The notes under the pieces: generated by a model
Database searches by the model: none
What the model was told of the DNA's origin: nothing
The model's input: only the letters and a program-made list of their open reading frames with translations
Shown: positions 1-11,476 of the stretch, in pieces
Numbering within the stretch: the stretch's first letter is position 1
Layout of the letters: each line of letters opens with the position of its first letter
Translations under genes and position numbers: made by a program
DNA from: an uncultured bacterium
GTDB taxonomy: Bacteria > Schekmanbacteria > GWA2-38-11 > J061
DNA: 48,230 nucleotides
Reading direction: 5' to 3'
Assembly: GCA_964549305.1 (NCBI GenBank)
Contig: CAZJVM010000015.1
Coordinates: 1 to 48,230 of the forward strand

Positions 1-12
1 GTCATTTTCTTG

Positions 13-110
13 GTTCGTTCTTTTGGACAAGCAAAAGAATGAACAAAATGTTCCCTTTAGCCATGGGAACAAGATATACAACCTCCTTTTGGACAAGCAA
101 AAGAATGAAC
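13..110. repeat. Intergenic palindromic element with a 25-bp direct repeat
   Basis: CTTTTGGACAAGCAAAAGAATGAAC occurs at 20-44 and 86-110. The first copy is part of a hairpin GTTCGTTCTTTTG-GACAAG-CAAAAGAATGAAC (13-44). A second hairpin GTTCCC..GGGAAC lies at 50-70. Confidence 0.8.
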
Positions 111-122
111 GAAAAAGTCCTC

Positions 123-150
123 TTGACAAGAACGCCGTCTTCAATATAAC
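123..150 (+). promoter_or_regulatory. Putative sigma70 promoter of the rpiB-glyA operon
   Basis: TTGACA (123-128), 16 bp spacer, TATAAC (145-150), about 40 bp upstream of the rpiB ATG. Confidence 0.65.
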
Positions 151-187
151 TCGAACGAGGTTTTAATCAAAAAATGAGGGCAAAAAA

Positions 188-658
188 ATGATTCTCATCG
201 GCGCTGACCACGGCGGATTCAATCTGAAAGAAAAGATAAAAAACTACCTTAAAAGCAGGAATATTCCTTTTGAAGATGTTGGCACAAACAGCAAGGATTC
301 CGTAGATTATCCTGATTATGCAGTCATCGTTGCAAAAGGCGTTTTAGAGGGAAAAGCCGAAAAAGGAATTCTAATCTGCGGTACCGGAATAGGAATGTCC
401 ATTACTGCAAACAAATTCCCGGGCATAAGAGCAACACTTTGCCACAATGATTTTACGGCAAAGATGAGCAGAGAGCACAATGATTCTAATATTCTCGCTC
501 TCGGAGAAAGAGTCCTCGACGAGGAAACAGCAATTGAAATCACGAAGATATGGTTAGACACTCCCTTTGGCGGTGATAGGCATCAAAGACGTCTTGATAA
601 AATCACTGCAGCGGAAAAAAATATTCTTGAAAAAAAAATTAATAAAAAAGGAGTTTAA
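188..658 (+). CDS. rpiB: Ribose-5-phosphate isomerase B
   Basis: [32 protein letters not shown] and GDRHQRR motifs. Confidence 0.97.
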   Translation: MILIGADHGGFNLKEKIKNYLKSRNIPFEDVGTNSKDSVDYPDYAVIVAKGVLEGKAEKGILICGTGIGMSITANKFPGIRATLCHNDFTAKMSREHNDSNILALGERVLDEETAIEITKIWLDTPFGGDRHQRRLDKITAAEKNILEKKINKKGV

Positions 659-660
659 AA

Positions 661-1917
661 TTGAAAAAGCTCATAGACATCGATCCCGAACTTGCGGAAG
701 CTATTAAAGGCGAAACGGAACGCCTTGAATACAAACTCGAGCTCATTGCGTCTGAAAATATGGTAAGCGAAGCAGTGCTCGAAGCGCAAGGGTGCATAAT
801 GACAAACAAGTACGCGGAAGGTTATCCGGGCAAACGCTATTACGGCGGATGTCAGTACGTGGACATAGCGGAAACCCTTGCCATCGAGAGGGCAAAAAAA
901 ATATTCGGCGCTCAATTTGTAAATGTTCAGCCTCATTCCGGTTCACAGGCGAATATGGGAGTTTATTTTTCAGTATGCAAACCGGGAGATTCCGTGCTCG
1001 GAATGGATCTGTCACATGGGGGGCACCTTACTCACGGAAGTCCTGTTAATTTTTCCGGTATTCTCTATGACATTCATTTTTACGGCGTCACAAAGGACAC
1101 TGAAACGATAGATTTTGAACAGGTAAGAAAGCTCGCCCTCGAGCATAAACCAAAACTCATAGTTGTGGGAGCGAGCGCGTATCCGAGAAAAATAGATTTC
1201 GCAAAATTCAGGGAAATCGCCGACGAAACTGGCGCAATGATAATGGCTGATATTGCCCACTACGCCGGACTTGTTGCCGCGGGGCTTTTTCCCAATCCAA
1301 TGCCTTACTGCGACTTCGTCACCACGACAACACACAAAACACTGAGAGGACCACGCGGGGGCATGATAATGACAAACAACGAAGAGCTTGCAAAGAAGAT
1401 TAACAAAACTATATTCCCGGGAATTCAGGGAGGTCCGCTTATGCACGTAATCGCGGCAAAGGCAGTCGCCTTCAAAGAGGCGCTGAGCGATGAATTCAAG
1501 ACATATCAAAAGCAGATAATAAACAATGCGCAGGCGCTCGCATCTGAACTCGTAAATAACGGATTTTATCTCGTTTCGGGAGGCACTGACACGCACCTTA
1601 TGCTCGTGAATCTCAATAATAAAGACCTGACGGGCAAGGATGCCGAAGGAGCTCTCGAGAAGGCGGGAATAACGGTAAATAAAAACACCGTTCCCTTTGA
1701 AACGAGAAGTCCCTTTGTTACAAGCGGAATCAGAATAGGCACGCCTGCCGTTACCTCGAGAGGATTGAAGGAAAACGAAATGAAAACCATTGGAAAATGG
1801 ATTAACGATGTAATCGGCAACAAAGACGATGAGAATTTTCTCAATAAGGTAAAGTCCGAAGTTAAAGAGCTTTGCAAATCATTTCCCTACTATAGCCAGC
1901 GTCTTCAGAATGACTAA
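661..1917 (+). CDS. glyA: Serine hydroxymethyltransferase
   Basis: [36 protein letters not shown] (PLP lysine); TTG start after an AGGAG RBS. Confidence 0.98.
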   Translation: MKKLIDIDPELAEAIKGETERLEYKLELIASENMVSEAVLEAQGCIMTNKYAEGYPGKRYYGGCQYVDIAETLAIERAKKIFGAQFVNVQPHSGSQANMGVYFSVCKPGDSVLGMDLSHGGHLTHGSPVNFSGILYDIHFYGVTKDTETIDFEQVRKLALEHKPKLIVVGASAYPRKIDFAKFREIADETGAMIMADIAHYAGLVAAGLFPNPMPYCDFVTTTTHKTLRGPRGGMIMTNNEELAKKINKTIFPGIQGGPLMHVIAAKAVAFKEALSDEFKTYQKQIINNAQALASELVNNGFYLVSGGTDTHLMLVNLNNKDLTGKDAEGALEKAGITVNKNTVPFETRSPFVTSGIRIGTPAVTSRGLKENEMKTIGKWINDVIGNKDDENFLNKVKSEVKELCKSFPYYSQRLQND

Positions 1918-2389
1918 AGAAACTCCACCTGCAGAAAGACCGTCGTGGAACGAATATTTTATGCAGATTGCCCAAATCGTGAAAACGAGGTCAACCTGCA
2001 TGAGAAGACAGGTGGGGTGCGTCATAGTGAAGGACAAGAAAATTCTCGCCACGGGATATAACGGAGCACCTTCGGGACTTACGCATTGCCTGGAAACCGG
2101 ATGCATAAGAAAGAAACTCAACATACCCTCAGGAGAAAGGCACGAGCTTTGCCGTGCCCTTCACGCCGAGCAGAATGCCATTATTCAGGCGGCAATATCG
2201 GGAGTCACCATTTCCGGCTCAAAGGTTTTCTGTTCCCATCACCCCTGCTCTCTTTGCGCAAAGATGCTCATCAATTCCAGAGTGAAAGAAATATATTATG
2301 CGGAAGGATACCCCGATTCCCTCGCGAAGGAAATGCTTGAGGAAGCAGGCATCAAAATGGTAATAATTGAAAGAGTCGAGGAAAAATAA
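1910..2389 (+). CDS. dCMP deaminase (ComEB-like cytidine/deoxycytidylate deaminase)
   Basis: [24 protein letters not shown] and PCSLC zinc motifs. Confidence 0.93.
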   Translation: MTKETPPAERPSWNEYFMQIAQIVKTRSTCMRRQVGCVIVKDKKILATGYNGAPSGLTHCLETGCIRKKLNIPSGERHELCRALHAEQNAIIQAAISGVTISGSKVFCSHHPCSLCAKMLINSRVKEIYYAEGYPDSLAKEMLEEAGIKMVIIERVEEK

Positions 2390-2411
2390 CCTTATACAGG
2401 ATTTATTCTAA

Positions 2412-2894
2412 ATGAAATGTCCCGAATGCGGATACACCGAAGACAAGGTAGTCGATTCCCGGGCAGGAAAAGACGCCACGACTATAAGAAGGCGCAGGGA
2501 ATGCCTAAAATGCGGAAACCGTTTCACGACCTATGAGAGAATCGAAAATGTGGTTTCCATGGTAATCAAAAAGGACGGGAGAAGAGAACCCTTTGACAGG
2601 CAAAAGATTTTCGCAGGAATTGCCAAAGCGTGCGAAAAAAGACCTATAAGCGTCAACGAGCAGGAAGCCCTTCTTGAAGGAGTCGAACAGATTATCAGGG
2701 AAACGGGAGAAAAGGAAATACCCAGTTCAAAAGTCGGAGAGCTCGTAGTGAGCCGGCTTCACGAGCTCGATGATGTTGCATATGTAAGATTCGCCTCCGT
2801 TTACAGGCAGTTCAAGGATATAAACGAATTTATGAAAGAGCTTTCGACAATTTTAAGCGAAAGAAAAAAGAAGCCAAGAAAGAAGAAACGCTGA
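2412..2894 (+). CDS. nrdR: Transcriptional repressor NrdR
   Basis: MKCPEC zinc ribbon, [13 protein letters not shown] cone, [10 protein letters not shown]. Confidence 0.97.
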   Translation: MKCPECGYTEDKVVDSRAGKDATTIRRRRECLKCGNRFTTYERIENVVSMVIKKDGRREPFDRQKIFAGIAKACEKRPISVNEQEALLEGVEQIIRETGEKEIPSSKVGELVVSRLHELDDVAYVRFASVYRQFKDINEFMKELSTILSERKKKPRKKKR

Positions 2895-2936
2895 TTATAA
2901 GCTTTTTTCAATTTATAAACCGGATTCTGTAAAAGA

Positions 2937-4115
2937 ATGCTCACAAAAAATATATCAGAAAAAATCAGAGAAGAATTTCCCGTGTTTAAAAAATATGTTT
3001 ATATGAATACGGGATGGTGCGCGCCGAGGTCAACGAGAGTACTCTCGGCAATAAACGAAATAAATGAAATTGAGTCCAGGGAGGGAGTTGGCAGCCAAAA
3101 AATAAGAAAAGTGCAGGACTCGGTGAGGAATTCTTTAAGGCAGAAAGCCGCGAAGTTTTTAGGCGCCGGGGAGGATGAAACAGCAGTTACGCAGAACACG
3201 TCTTCGGGAATAAATATGATAGTAACCTGTTTTACCTTTAAACCCGGAGATGAAATAATAATATCTTCCGAAGAGCATCCCGCGGGAATCGTACCCTGGC
3301 TTCAGCTGAAAAACCTGAAAGGCATAAATCTGAAGGTTGTCAAGACAGGCGCGCCGGAAGTTTTCATAGATAATCTGAAAAAGGCCCTGAGCAAAAAAAC
3401 AAAGCTGATTATGTTAAGCCATGTTTCCTGCATGACGGGTTTTTGTCTTCCGATTAAGGAAGTATGCCGCATTGCGCGGGAGAAGGAAATTCCGGTACTT
3501 GTTGACGGCGCTCAGTCCGCCGGGCAGATTAAGGTTGACGTGCACGGGTTGGGTTGCGATTTTTACGCAATCCCGGGGCAAAAATGGATGCTAGGCCCTG
3601 AAAGCACGGGCGCATTGTATATACGGAAAGAGATGCTCGAAAAAATTCAGAGCATTAACGCTGGATACAGGTCAATAAGGAAATTCGCATTTGAAGGACC
3701 CTCGATGGAACTTTTTGAGTCAGCAAAAAGATTTGAGATGTTCGATACGAATGCCGCGCTGATGAACGGGCTTGATATGGGAATATCCATTCTCGATGAA
3801 ACGGGAATCGATGAAATAGAAGAGACTATTAAAAACAACGCGCGCATAATTACTGATGAATTTTCTAAAATGAGCGGTATAAAAATTCTTACACCTTCAA
3901 ATTACTCGAAAAAACCCGATTCAGGGCTTCTTTCAATAATATTTACCAAAATGGCATCTGCCGATGCCGTAAATGAACTTTATGAAAAATACGGCATCAT
4001 CGCGCGCCATTTCAGAACAGGAAACATAGTTAGGTTTTCACTGAATTATTTTAACAGCGAAAACGATATCTCCAAAGTAATCGAAGCTGTTTCACAATTG
4101 TCTTCAAAAGCCTGA
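2937..4115 (+). CDS. Class V PLP-dependent enzyme (cystine lyase/CefD-like; lacks the SufS/IscS catalytic Cys)
   Basis: EEHPAG, LVDGAQSAG, PGQKWMLGP (PLP Lys) and VRFS; no GHHCA or SGSAC motif near the C-terminus. Confidence 0.85.
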   Translation: MLTKNISEKIREEFPVFKKYVYMNTGWCAPRSTRVLSAINEINEIESREGVGSQKIRKVQDSVRNSLRQKAAKFLGAGEDETAVTQNTSSGINMIVTCFTFKPGDEIIISSEEHPAGIVPWLQLKNLKGINLKVVKTGAPEVFIDNLKKALSKKTKLIMLSHVSCMTGFCLPIKEVCRIAREKEIPVLVDGAQSAGQIKVDVHGLGCDFYAIPGQKWMLGPESTGALYIRKEMLEKIQSINAGYRSIRKFAFEGPSMELFESAKRFEMFDTNAALMNGLDMGISILDETGIDEIEETIKNNARIITDEFSKMSGIKILTPSNYSKKPDSGLLSIIFTKMASADAVNELYEKYGIIARHFRTGNIVRFSLNYFNSENDISKVIEAVSQLSSKA

Positions 4116-4179
4116 CGATATGTGGCATTTTTTAATTTATCTTGATTTGTTATCGATTTTCCCATAATCAGATGTCGCT

Positions 4180-5076
4180 ATGAATAAAAATACTTTGAAA
4201 TATATCGTAGTTGCAGCATTCATTCTTTCTACGCTTATGGGGGCATATCAGTGCTTTGCTTCGGATACCATTCAGTATTTTGACTACGGAAGAATAAACT
4301 GGTCCAGAGGAATAATTTTCGCCTGGGGCAGCGCGCCAGTTGATGAATCTCTCGCTCCTCGTAAGCTTGCGGAAGAACTCGCGAAAAGGAAATCCTTCAT
4401 AGCAGCGAAGAAAAACCTTACGGAGATAGTCAGAAAGGTAAAGCTAGATTCGAAAGTTTCTGTTGAAGACCTTAACGAAAGCATAAGGTATGTGGGCGCA
4501 AAAATCAATAATGTGGTAAAGCTTGCGGATAAAAAATCGTCTCTCACCTCAACCGATAAGGCGAAAACCTCGCTCATCCTCCAGATTTACGGAAAGCTTG
4601 CATCTTCGCTTATGCCCCATATGGGAAAGGAACTTCCCGATGAGAATCCCGACAAATTTCTAATCGAAAAAATGAAACAAAGGAAATTTGTGCAGAGCGT
4701 TTCAGATATCGCGCAGACACCGGAAGAAATCAACAAGGGAGAATATTCGGGATTAATCGTTGACGCAAGACATCTTGATATCGTTCCTGTACTCTTCCCA
4801 AAAATCACGAACGAAAAGAGAAAAGAGATTTACGGCATTTCGAAATTTACCTCTGCGGATATAAAGAAAGGGAATATTGTAGTTTATACAAAAAATCTCC
4901 AAAGCGCTTTTTCAAGCGCGCGCGCGGGAAAGCATCCGCTTGTAATACGTGCAGTCAAAAACGAAAATGACAAAGACGAAATCATCATATCAAACGCTGA
5001 TTCAAGAAAAATAAAGTTTGAAAACAAAAAAAGTAATTTTCTTGAAAAGGGAATGGTAATAATTGTGCTCGATTAA
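4180..5076 (+). CDS. Exported conserved hypothetical protein (LPP20-like family)
   Basis: N-terminal signal peptide (KK-like basic start, hydrophobic core, CFA-S); INWSRG..., YSGLIVDAR..., FLEKGMVIIVLD pattern recalled from LPP20-annotated proteins. Confidence 0.6.
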   Translation: MNKNTLKYIVVAAFILSTLMGAYQCFASDTIQYFDYGRINWSRGIIFAWGSAPVDESLAPRKLAEELAKRKSFIAAKKNLTEIVRKVKLDSKVSVEDLNESIRYVGAKINNVVKLADKKSSLTSTDKAKTSLILQIYGKLASSLMPHMGKELPDENPDKFLIEKMKQRKFVQSVSDIAQTPEEINKGEYSGLIVDARHLDIVPVLFPKITNEKRKEIYGISKFTSADIKKGNIVVYTKNLQSAFSSARAGKHPLVIRAVKNENDKDEIIISNADSRKIKFENKKSNFLEKGMVIIVLD

Positions 5077-5241
5077 GAAAAACTCCCTTTTAAATTTTAT
5101 TCTACTTCTGCAGACAACCTCTGAAAAATCACTCTGGTTAAAAAAGATTGATGAATCGCCTTGCCAAAAGAGTTAAGATAATTAAGTGTCAGGCGAAGCA
5201 GTGTAAATATTTTTCAAATAAGGGAGAAGGGTCTTTCCGTT

Positions 5242-6504
5242 ATGGCAGGAGTTGACAAAGGAAAAGATTTTATTTCTGATATTATAAACCTCATACCTCC
5301 CGAAAAGATAGTTCTTCTTCTGTCCTCGCCCCTGATAATCGACAGGATAAAAAATGATGATTTAAAATCCGTTAAACTTGAAAACATAGACTGGGATGTT
5401 GCAGTTGATGCTTCATTCAAGTACGGGCTTTCCGGAATTATCTTCTACAATCTCAAACAATCGGGACTGATAGATATCCTGCCTGAAGAAGATATGCTGA
5501 AGCTTCAGCATCTTTACCACTCAAATGCCGCGAGAAACGCGCTTATAAAACAGATATTAATCACTATTTCCCAACTTTTCACACAATACGGAAAATCATT
5601 CCTGCTTCTTCAGGGCACTGCACTCATAAACGGCATTTATCCTCAGGCAGCAATGAGATACCTGAGCGACATCGACATAATGATAAGGGAGGAAGATGTA
5701 GAGGATGTGGATAAGATTCTCGGGGAAAACGGTTTTACGGCAACTACTTTTCCTGGAAATGTTGAATGGTGCCTTGAAAATATAAACCATCTTCCTCATT
5801 ATTATTATCCCGGGTTCAACTCACCTATCGAGGTGCATTTCAAAACCGCGGAAACATTTTCAGGCACCGTCGATAACTCGGATTGGATATGGGAAGATAT
5901 CCCGGCAATAAATGAAAACAACCTGAAAGCGCCTTCGCCGGAAAATCTTCTATTGTCCATTTCGGCACACGTTGCAAAAAAATCCCATATTGCGGATTTA
6001 AGATTCATTCCCCGTCACTGCTGCGATGTTTACTCCGTTATTAGAAACTTCAATGATTCTCTGGACAGGAAAAAACTTTTCGAAAGAGCGTCAGAATTGA
6101 ATCTTACCGAACCTCTTAGCTACTCACTTACGATGTGCAGTTTCTTATTTTCTTCAGAAATAATTTCCGAATTAACGAAGGAGTCGCAGGCATTGGCTTC
6201 CGCGTCATCGGCAAAGCTCAGTGAAACGGTAACGAAAACTCTCCTTTGCGAAAATACGGAAGAAATACTTCTCGACGGATGGCTTGCTTTTTTCAACAAA
6301 CCCGGGATTTTGGGAAAAATGCTCTTTTTTCTATCTCATATTTTTCCAAGGCCAAAAAAAATGAAAGACATCTACGGAAATGACGCGGCGGGATTGAAAC
6401 TGATTGCTTACTACATTTACAGGCCTTTTTTCCTCATAAACAGGTTTTCCCTGACAAGAATCAAGGTTACTTCAAAAGTCGCCAATGCGCGAAAAAATGA
6501 ATAG
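5242..6504 (+). CDS. Nucleotidyltransferase family protein (NTP_transf_5-like)
   Basis: LLQGTAL...R.LSDIDI, HLPH, IEVH and PENLLL..SAH motifs. Confidence 0.8.
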   Translation: MAGVDKGKDFISDIINLIPPEKIVLLLSSPLIIDRIKNDDLKSVKLENIDWDVAVDASFKYGLSGIIFYNLKQSGLIDILPEEDMLKLQHLYHSNAARNALIKQILITISQLFTQYGKSFLLLQGTALINGIYPQAAMRYLSDIDIMIREEDVEDVDKILGENGFTATTFPGNVEWCLENINHLPHYYYPGFNSPIEVHFKTAETFSGTVDNSDWIWEDIPAINENNLKAPSPENLLLSISAHVAKKSHIADLRFIPRHCCDVYSVIRNFNDSLDRKKLFERASELNLTEPLSYSLTMCSFLFSSEIISELTKESQALASASSAKLSETVTKTLLCENTEEILLDGWLAFFNKPGILGKMLFFLSHIFPRPKKMKDIYGNDAAGLKLIAYYIYRPFFLINRFSLTRIKVTSKVANARKNE

Positions 6505-6509
6505 TTAAA

Positions 6510-7340
6510 TTATTTTTTGGCTGAGAAGAAATATGATAAATCCCGCCCCAACTGATCAAAAGGGAGTAGAATCTCAAGCGGCAGAAGATGGTAATTTTTC
6601 TTTTTTATATCAGATTTTATTCTGTTTCTGGACCAATGAATATTATAGCGCATTCTAAAAAGAAGGTTTGAAACGTCGTCAGGTTCGTGAAAACGCTTGT
6701 ACCAATTCCAGTAAGTGCGCAAAATGCTTGAAACGCTGTCTTGTCTAAGATGCTTCGCTCTTGCAGATGGTGTATATATTAGATTAAATCCCGCTTTTCT
6801 CAAACGATTTGACATGTCGTAGTCTTCACCGTTGTTTCCCATTTTTTCGTTATATGAACCAACCTTGCGGAGAAGTTTTTTTCTGAAAACGTTATTGCTT
6901 CCAAAAAGAAATTCCGGATTGACTATTCTTTCCTCTCCCCAATGCTGAGGCATATTCAACGTCCTCCACAAATCGGCGGCGGTTTTCTGATATCCTTCCA
7001 CAAGCATCCCCCCCGCGCCTGCCACATCATTCGTCTGAAATTCTCTCAAAAGATTCTCAAGCCAGTCTTTTTCAGGAACACAGTCGGCGTCGAGAGAGGC
7101 AATGTAATCACCCGAACAGCTTTTAAGCGCGGTGTTTCTTGCCGCCGAAAGTCCCTTGTTGCGCTTGTGTTCAATGATTTTCACCTTATACTTCGATGCA
7201 ATAGCGAGAGTGTCGTCACTGCTGCCGTCATCTATGATTAGCACTTCATCTATTGCTATGCTTTGACCGAAGACACCATCGAGACATTTGCCTATATATC
7301 GGGACACATTGTAACAGGGGATATAAAGAGAGATATTCAT
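6510..7340 (-). CDS. Glycosyltransferase family 2
   Basis: IPCYN, IIDDGSSD, GLSAARN, LDADC, GEDYD; ATG at 7340 (alternative TTG at 7346). Confidence 0.92.
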   Translation of the reverse strand: MNISLYIPCYNVSRYIGKCLDGVFGQSIAIDEVLIIDDGSSDDTLAIASKYKVKIIEHKRNKGLSAARNTALKSCSGDYIASLDADCVPEKDWLENLLREFQTNDVAGAGGMLVEGYQKTAADLWRTLNMPQHWGEERIVNPEFLFGSNNVFRKKLLRKVGSYNEKMGNNGEDYDMSNRLRKAGFNLIYTPSARAKHLRQDSVSSILRTYWNWYKRFHEPDDVSNLLFRMRYNIHWSRNRIKSDIKKKNYHLLPLEILLPFDQLGRDLSYFFSAKK

Positions 7341-7351
7341 AAGCAAATCAC

Positions 7352-8557
7352 TTAATCGTTAAACAAAGGGAGATAATGATCCTTTACGATATTATCCCAG
7401 TTAAATCTTTTAAGGGCGCTCTTTCTCGCGTTCCCGCTCATTTTTTTCAGAAGCACCCTGTCATTGATTAATTTTTCAAGGGCCTGTTCAAGATTTTCAT
7501 CGTCACCGGGGTTGAAAAGCAATCCAGTTTCACCTTCTTCGACGATTGTGGCAAGGCCTCCCGTGCGTGACGCTACAACGGGAATGCCGCAGGCAAGGGA
7601 TTCAACGGCAACAATGCCGAAAGGCTCCATCCATATTGACGGGACTACGGAAACATCTGATTTGCGGTAAAGAGATGGCAATTCTTCGGGACTGAGCCAT
7701 CCTGCGGATTTTACGAAGTCGTCCTTTACCTTCTTTTCTCCCGTAATGACAAGCTCAATATCAAACCCTCTTTCGACGAGTCTTTTGCACGCCTTATGAA
7801 GAACGTGAAATCCTTTTCCGTAATCATCCACCCTACCCGACATCAGAATGGAAAAGGTTTTATTCTCCGCCTTATTTTCATCAGGTGAAAAGTGCGAAGT
7901 GTCAACTCCGGAAGGAATGATATAGCAGTTATTATTGAGCTTCCTTACCATTTCGGCAATTTGATTGTTATAAACTATTACACCCGATGCCGACGAAAAA
8001 CCCCTTTTTAAAGTTTTGTAAAGCAGAGGGGTAAAAGCAAGAGAAGTTATAAAAGTGTGAGTGGCATTTCGCGGATGCCACCTTAACGTCCACGCAATTG
8101 AGCATTTAAGGCAAAAGAGAGGAGTGTCCACATAACAGTGGTCACATATCTTTCCGTGCCTGAATAAAGTCCCGTAATCCTTTATGCAGTAACCGTCATA
8201 ACTGTAATGCCTTATTATGGGTTTATAATCCCTCAGGGAGTCAATCACGTAGGGTTTTATCAGCTCTCCGTCCCCGATAAAAACATAATCCGGATTGTAT
8301 TCGTCAACTTTCTTTTTGATTCTCGAAGGCACCTGCAAAAAATTATATGTCAAAGGATTGAAGGGAATCAATTCAATTTTAATTCCCTCAACTGGCTCAA
8401 GGATTTCGCCTCTTGGATAATAGCGGTAAAACTGCGGTACAAAGAAAGTTACGCTATGGTATTTCGCGACGCGGGTAAATATTTCCTTTAAGTCAACACG
8501 TGAACCACCGTCGGGCGGCCAATGGAAAAGAAGGTCTACAACGGCTATTTTTGACAT
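7352..8557 (-). CDS. Glycosyltransferase family 4
   Basis: PSGVDT, KGFHVL, EPFGIVAVESLACGIPVV (EX7E), FNWD; Cys-rich insert. Confidence 0.92.
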   Translation of the reverse strand: MSKIAVVDLLFHWPPDGGSRVDLKEIFTRVAKYHSVTFFVPQFYRYYPRGEILEPVEGIKIELIPFNPLTYNFLQVPSRIKKKVDEYNPDYVFIGDGELIKPYVIDSLRDYKPIIRHYSYDGYCIKDYGTLFRHGKICDHCYVDTPLFCLKCSIAWTLRWHPRNATHTFITSLAFTPLLYKTLKRGFSSASGVIVYNNQIAEMVRKLNNNCYIIPSGVDTSHFSPDENKAENKTFSILMSGRVDDYGKGFHVLHKACKRLVERGFDIELVITGEKKVKDDFVKSAGWLSPEELPSLYRKSDVSVVPSIWMEPFGIVAVESLACGIPVVASRTGGLATIVEEGETGLLFNPGDDENLEQALEKLINDRVLLKKMSGNARKSALKRFNWDNIVKDHYLPLFND

Positions 8558-8619
8558 ATCTGCCCAGTTTCGTTCCTGAATGGGTTAATAAAAAACAAAA
8601 GGATTGTTTACAAATCAGC

Positions 8620-9561
8620 TCATTTCATACCAAGCTTTTCTTTGAAATAGCTTAGAGTTTTAAGCACACCGTCTCTTCTGCTTACCTGCGGTTTCCAATC
8701 AAGAAGCTTCATTGCCTTTGATATATCGGGCTTTCTTACTTTGGGGTCATCCTCGGGAAGTTCCTTGTAATCAATCTTGCTTTTGCTTCCCGTAAGTTCG
8801 ATTACTTCTTTTCCAAATTCAAGTATTGTAACTTCTTCGTGATTCCCTATATTTACCGGTTCGGTGATATCAGAGTTTAAAAGCCGCAATATTCCTTCGA
8901 CAAGGTCCGACACGTAACAGAAACTTCTTGTCTGTAATCCGTCACCGAAAACGCTGAGATCTTCCCCTTTCAGCGCCTGACACATAAACGTAGGCAAAAC
9001 CCTGCCGTCATTAAGTCTCATTCTCGGGCCGTAAGTGTTGAATATCCTCACAATTCTGGTTTCCACATTGTGAAAGCGGTGATAAGCCATTACCATCGCT
9101 TCAGCAAACCTCTTCGCCTCGTCGTAAACTCCGCGGGGTCCGATTGGATTCACATTGCCCCAGTAGGTTTCCGGTTGAGGATGCACAAGAGGGTCTCCGT
9201 AAACTTCCGATGTGGAAGCAAGGAGAAACCGGGCTTTCTTTTCCTTTGCCAGTCCGAGAACTTTGTGGGTACCCAGAGAACCCACTTTTAACGTCTGTAT
9301 GGGGTACTCGAGATAATCGATGGGACTTGCGGGAGAGGCAAAATGAAGGATATTATCGAGCTTTCCGGTAATATGGACAAAGTTCGTAACATCATATTCA
9401 ATAAATTTAAAATTCTGATTGCCAAAAAGATGAGAAATATTGTCCATATCTCCGGTAATGAGATTGTCCATACAGATTACATTATGGCCTTCTTTTAAAA
9501 GTCTTTCCGCAAGATGCGAACCTAAAAATCCTGCCCCACCCGTAATAAGAGTTGTTGACAC
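8620..9561 (-). CDS. UDP-glucuronate decarboxylase (UDP-xylose synthase family, extended SDR)
   Basis: [45 protein letters not shown]. Confidence 0.93.
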   Translation of the reverse strand: MSTTLITGGAGFLGSHLAERLLKEGHNVICMDNLITGDMDNISHLFGNQNFKFIEYDVTNFVHITGKLDNILHFASPASPIDYLEYPIQTLKVGSLGTHKVLGLAKEKKARFLLASTSEVYGDPLVHPQPETYWGNVNPIGPRGVYDEAKRFAEAMVMAYHRFHNVETRIVRIFNTYGPRMRLNDGRVLPTFMCQALKGEDLSVFGDGLQTRSFCYVSDLVEGILRLLNSDITEPVNIGNHEEVTILEFGKEVIELTGSKSKIDYKELPEDDPKVRKPDISKAMKLLDWKPQVSRRDGVLKTLSYFKEKLGMK

Positions 9562-9572
9562 ATTTATCCCCT

Positions 9573-11426
9573 TTATATTTGATTTTTTATTTTTGCCATT
9601 CTTTTTTCGACCACATTTCTATCAAGTTTAAAATAGAAGTTCAATAATTCTCGCGCAACGGGCGCTGCCGAAGCCCCTCCCGACCCTCCGTGCTCGATAA
9701 AAACAGCAAAGGAAATCTCGGGATTTTTATAGGGGGCGAACCCCGCAAACCAGGCATGGTCTCTGAATTTTTCCGGCACAGGCATATTTCTCTCCTTATA
9801 TGATTCACTCAAAGAGCTCGATGCCACCTGTGCCGTGCCCGTTTTCCCGCATACCGCGACATTGTCCAATTTAGCGTGTCTTCCCGTTCCTCCGCTGTTT
9901 ACCACATCAAAAAGCGCTCTTCTGACAACATCCACGCTTCTTACGGATATAGGAACATTGACTGATTGGGAAGGAAAGTTTCTTGAAAACCTGGGCACAG
10001 GCATTGTTCCTCCTGTGGCAATTGTTGCCATAATTAACGATGCCTGAAGAGGCGTTACTGTCATATCTCCCTGTCCTATGGCAAGAAGAGGTGCCCTGAT
10101 GTCTTTTGTTTTTCCTTTTCCGGGCGCAATTTCCGCTTCAGGCAGTCTTCCGTTTTCCTCAAAAGGGTAGTCGATTCCGGTTTTTTTACCTATCCCGAAA
10201 CTATTTGCCGCTTCAAGAAGCGCTTTCGAACCAAGCAGTTTTCCAACATTATAGAAAAACACATTACAGGAATTTCGAATTGCTCCTTTTACGCTGAGAC
10301 TGCCATGTCCGGCTTTATTCCAACAGTGGAAAAGACGGTTTCCTATGATTATGGAACCCTTACAGGTGAATCTGGTGGATGGATTGATTATTCCCTTCTC
10401 CAGCGCCGCAATAGCGGTCACTACCTTGAATATGGAACCCGGGGGGTAAGCAGCGGAACATCCTCTGTTCAAAAACGGATTACCTTCTGTTTTTACAAGC
10501 TTATCCCATTCACTTCTGCTTATTCCGCGGACGAAAATATTGGGATCAAATGACGGATTGCTCGCCATTGCAAGAACTTCTCCCGAACGTATATCCAAAA
10601 CTACGGCGCTTCCTTTTTTTCCTTCAAGAAGTTTTTCCGCAAATGACTGAAGACGCTCATCTATGGAGAGAACAATGTCCTTCCCCGGTTCGGGTGTTAC
10701 GCTAAGTTTTTCAATCTCTTCTCCCGCATAGAGAGAAGTTTCTTTCACTCTGCCGTAAGTATCTTTAAGAACTGCGTCCCAACCATCTTTACCTCTTAAA
10801 AGATTGTCGTAATATTTTTCAATACCGCTTTTACCGATGAATGTATTCAGACTGAGGCGCTCTTTACTGCCGATATCATCAGAAGAAGGGAAACCGGTAT
10901 ATCCAAGTATCTGCGCCGCTAAAAGACCGGAAGGGTAGATTCTTTTTTCTCCGACTATGATTTCAACGGATTTTAGTATATCCCTGTTTTCTTCAATCAT
11001 TGCGACCTGGTCTCTCGTTATGCCTCTTCTGAGAATTACGGGTTTTGTGCCTGAAGCATAGGGCACCGCCTTGAGGTCATCAATAATATCTTCTCTTTCC
11101 CTTTGAAAGACATCAGCCATAGCGTCGAGAGTTTTTACATCGTCATAATCTATTTCCGAAGGTATTATCGCCACATCGAAGCTTGGAGTATTTCTTGCAA
11201 GAATAGTTCCGTTGCGGTCGTAAATTGTACCCCTCAAAGCGGACTTTTCTATAAGCTTTACTTTATTATCCAGAGATTTGTTATAAAGAAAGTCAAAGGT
11301 AAAATACTGAAGGGAAAAAACTCTTGTCAAAAGTGCCAGGAATGAAAGAAGAATTACGAATTTAAGTATGTTAATTCTTTTGTCAAAATCCTTTATATTG
11401 TTTTCCTGAAATCTTCTTACAGGCAA
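9573..11426 (-). CDS. mrdA: Penicillin-binding protein 2 (class B transpeptidase)
   Basis: N-terminal [18 protein letters not shown], and intact SIFK (SXXK), SCN and KTGTAQ motifs, DHAWF. Confidence 0.92.
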   Translation of the reverse strand: MPVRRFQENNIKDFDKRINILKFVILLSFLALLTRVFSLQYFTFDFLYNKSLDNKVKLIEKSALRGTIYDRNGTILARNTPSFDVAIIPSEIDYDDVKTLDAMADVFQREREDIIDDLKAVPYASGTKPVILRRGITRDQVAMIEENRDILKSVEIIVGEKRIYPSGLLAAQILGYTGFPSSDDIGSKERLSLNTFIGKSGIEKYYDNLLRGKDGWDAVLKDTYGRVKETSLYAGEEIEKLSVTPEPGKDIVLSIDERLQSFAEKLLEGKKGSAVVLDIRSGEVLAMASNPSFDPNIFVRGISRSEWDKLVKTEGNPFLNRGCSAAYPPGSIFKVVTAIAALEKGIINPSTRFTCKGSIIIGNRLFHCWNKAGHGSLSVKGAIRNSCNVFFYNVGKLLGSKALLEAANSFGIGKKTGIDYPFEENGRLPEAEIAPGKGKTKDIRAPLLAIGQGDMTVTPLQASLIMATIATGGTMPVPRFSRNFPSQSVNVPISVRSVDVVRRALFDVVNSGGTGRHAKLDNVAVCGKTGTAQVASSSLSESYKERNMPVPEKFRDHAWFAGFAPYKNPEISFAVFIEHGGSGGASAAPVARELLNFYFKLDRNVVEKRMAKIKNQI

Positions 11427-11476
11427 TTTTTTATACCGTATAAAGTCGTAGGAAATAAAACTTTCGAAAACAACGA

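Noticed and set aside
20-110. CRISPR array
   Set aside because: Only two repeat copies, the second lacking the left arm of the palindrome, and no cas genes in the window; kept as a generic repeat
5242-6504. Lasso peptide/RiPP cluster around the nucleotidyltransferase
   Set aside because: No PqqD/RRE, B2 protease, cyclase or precursor ORF nearby
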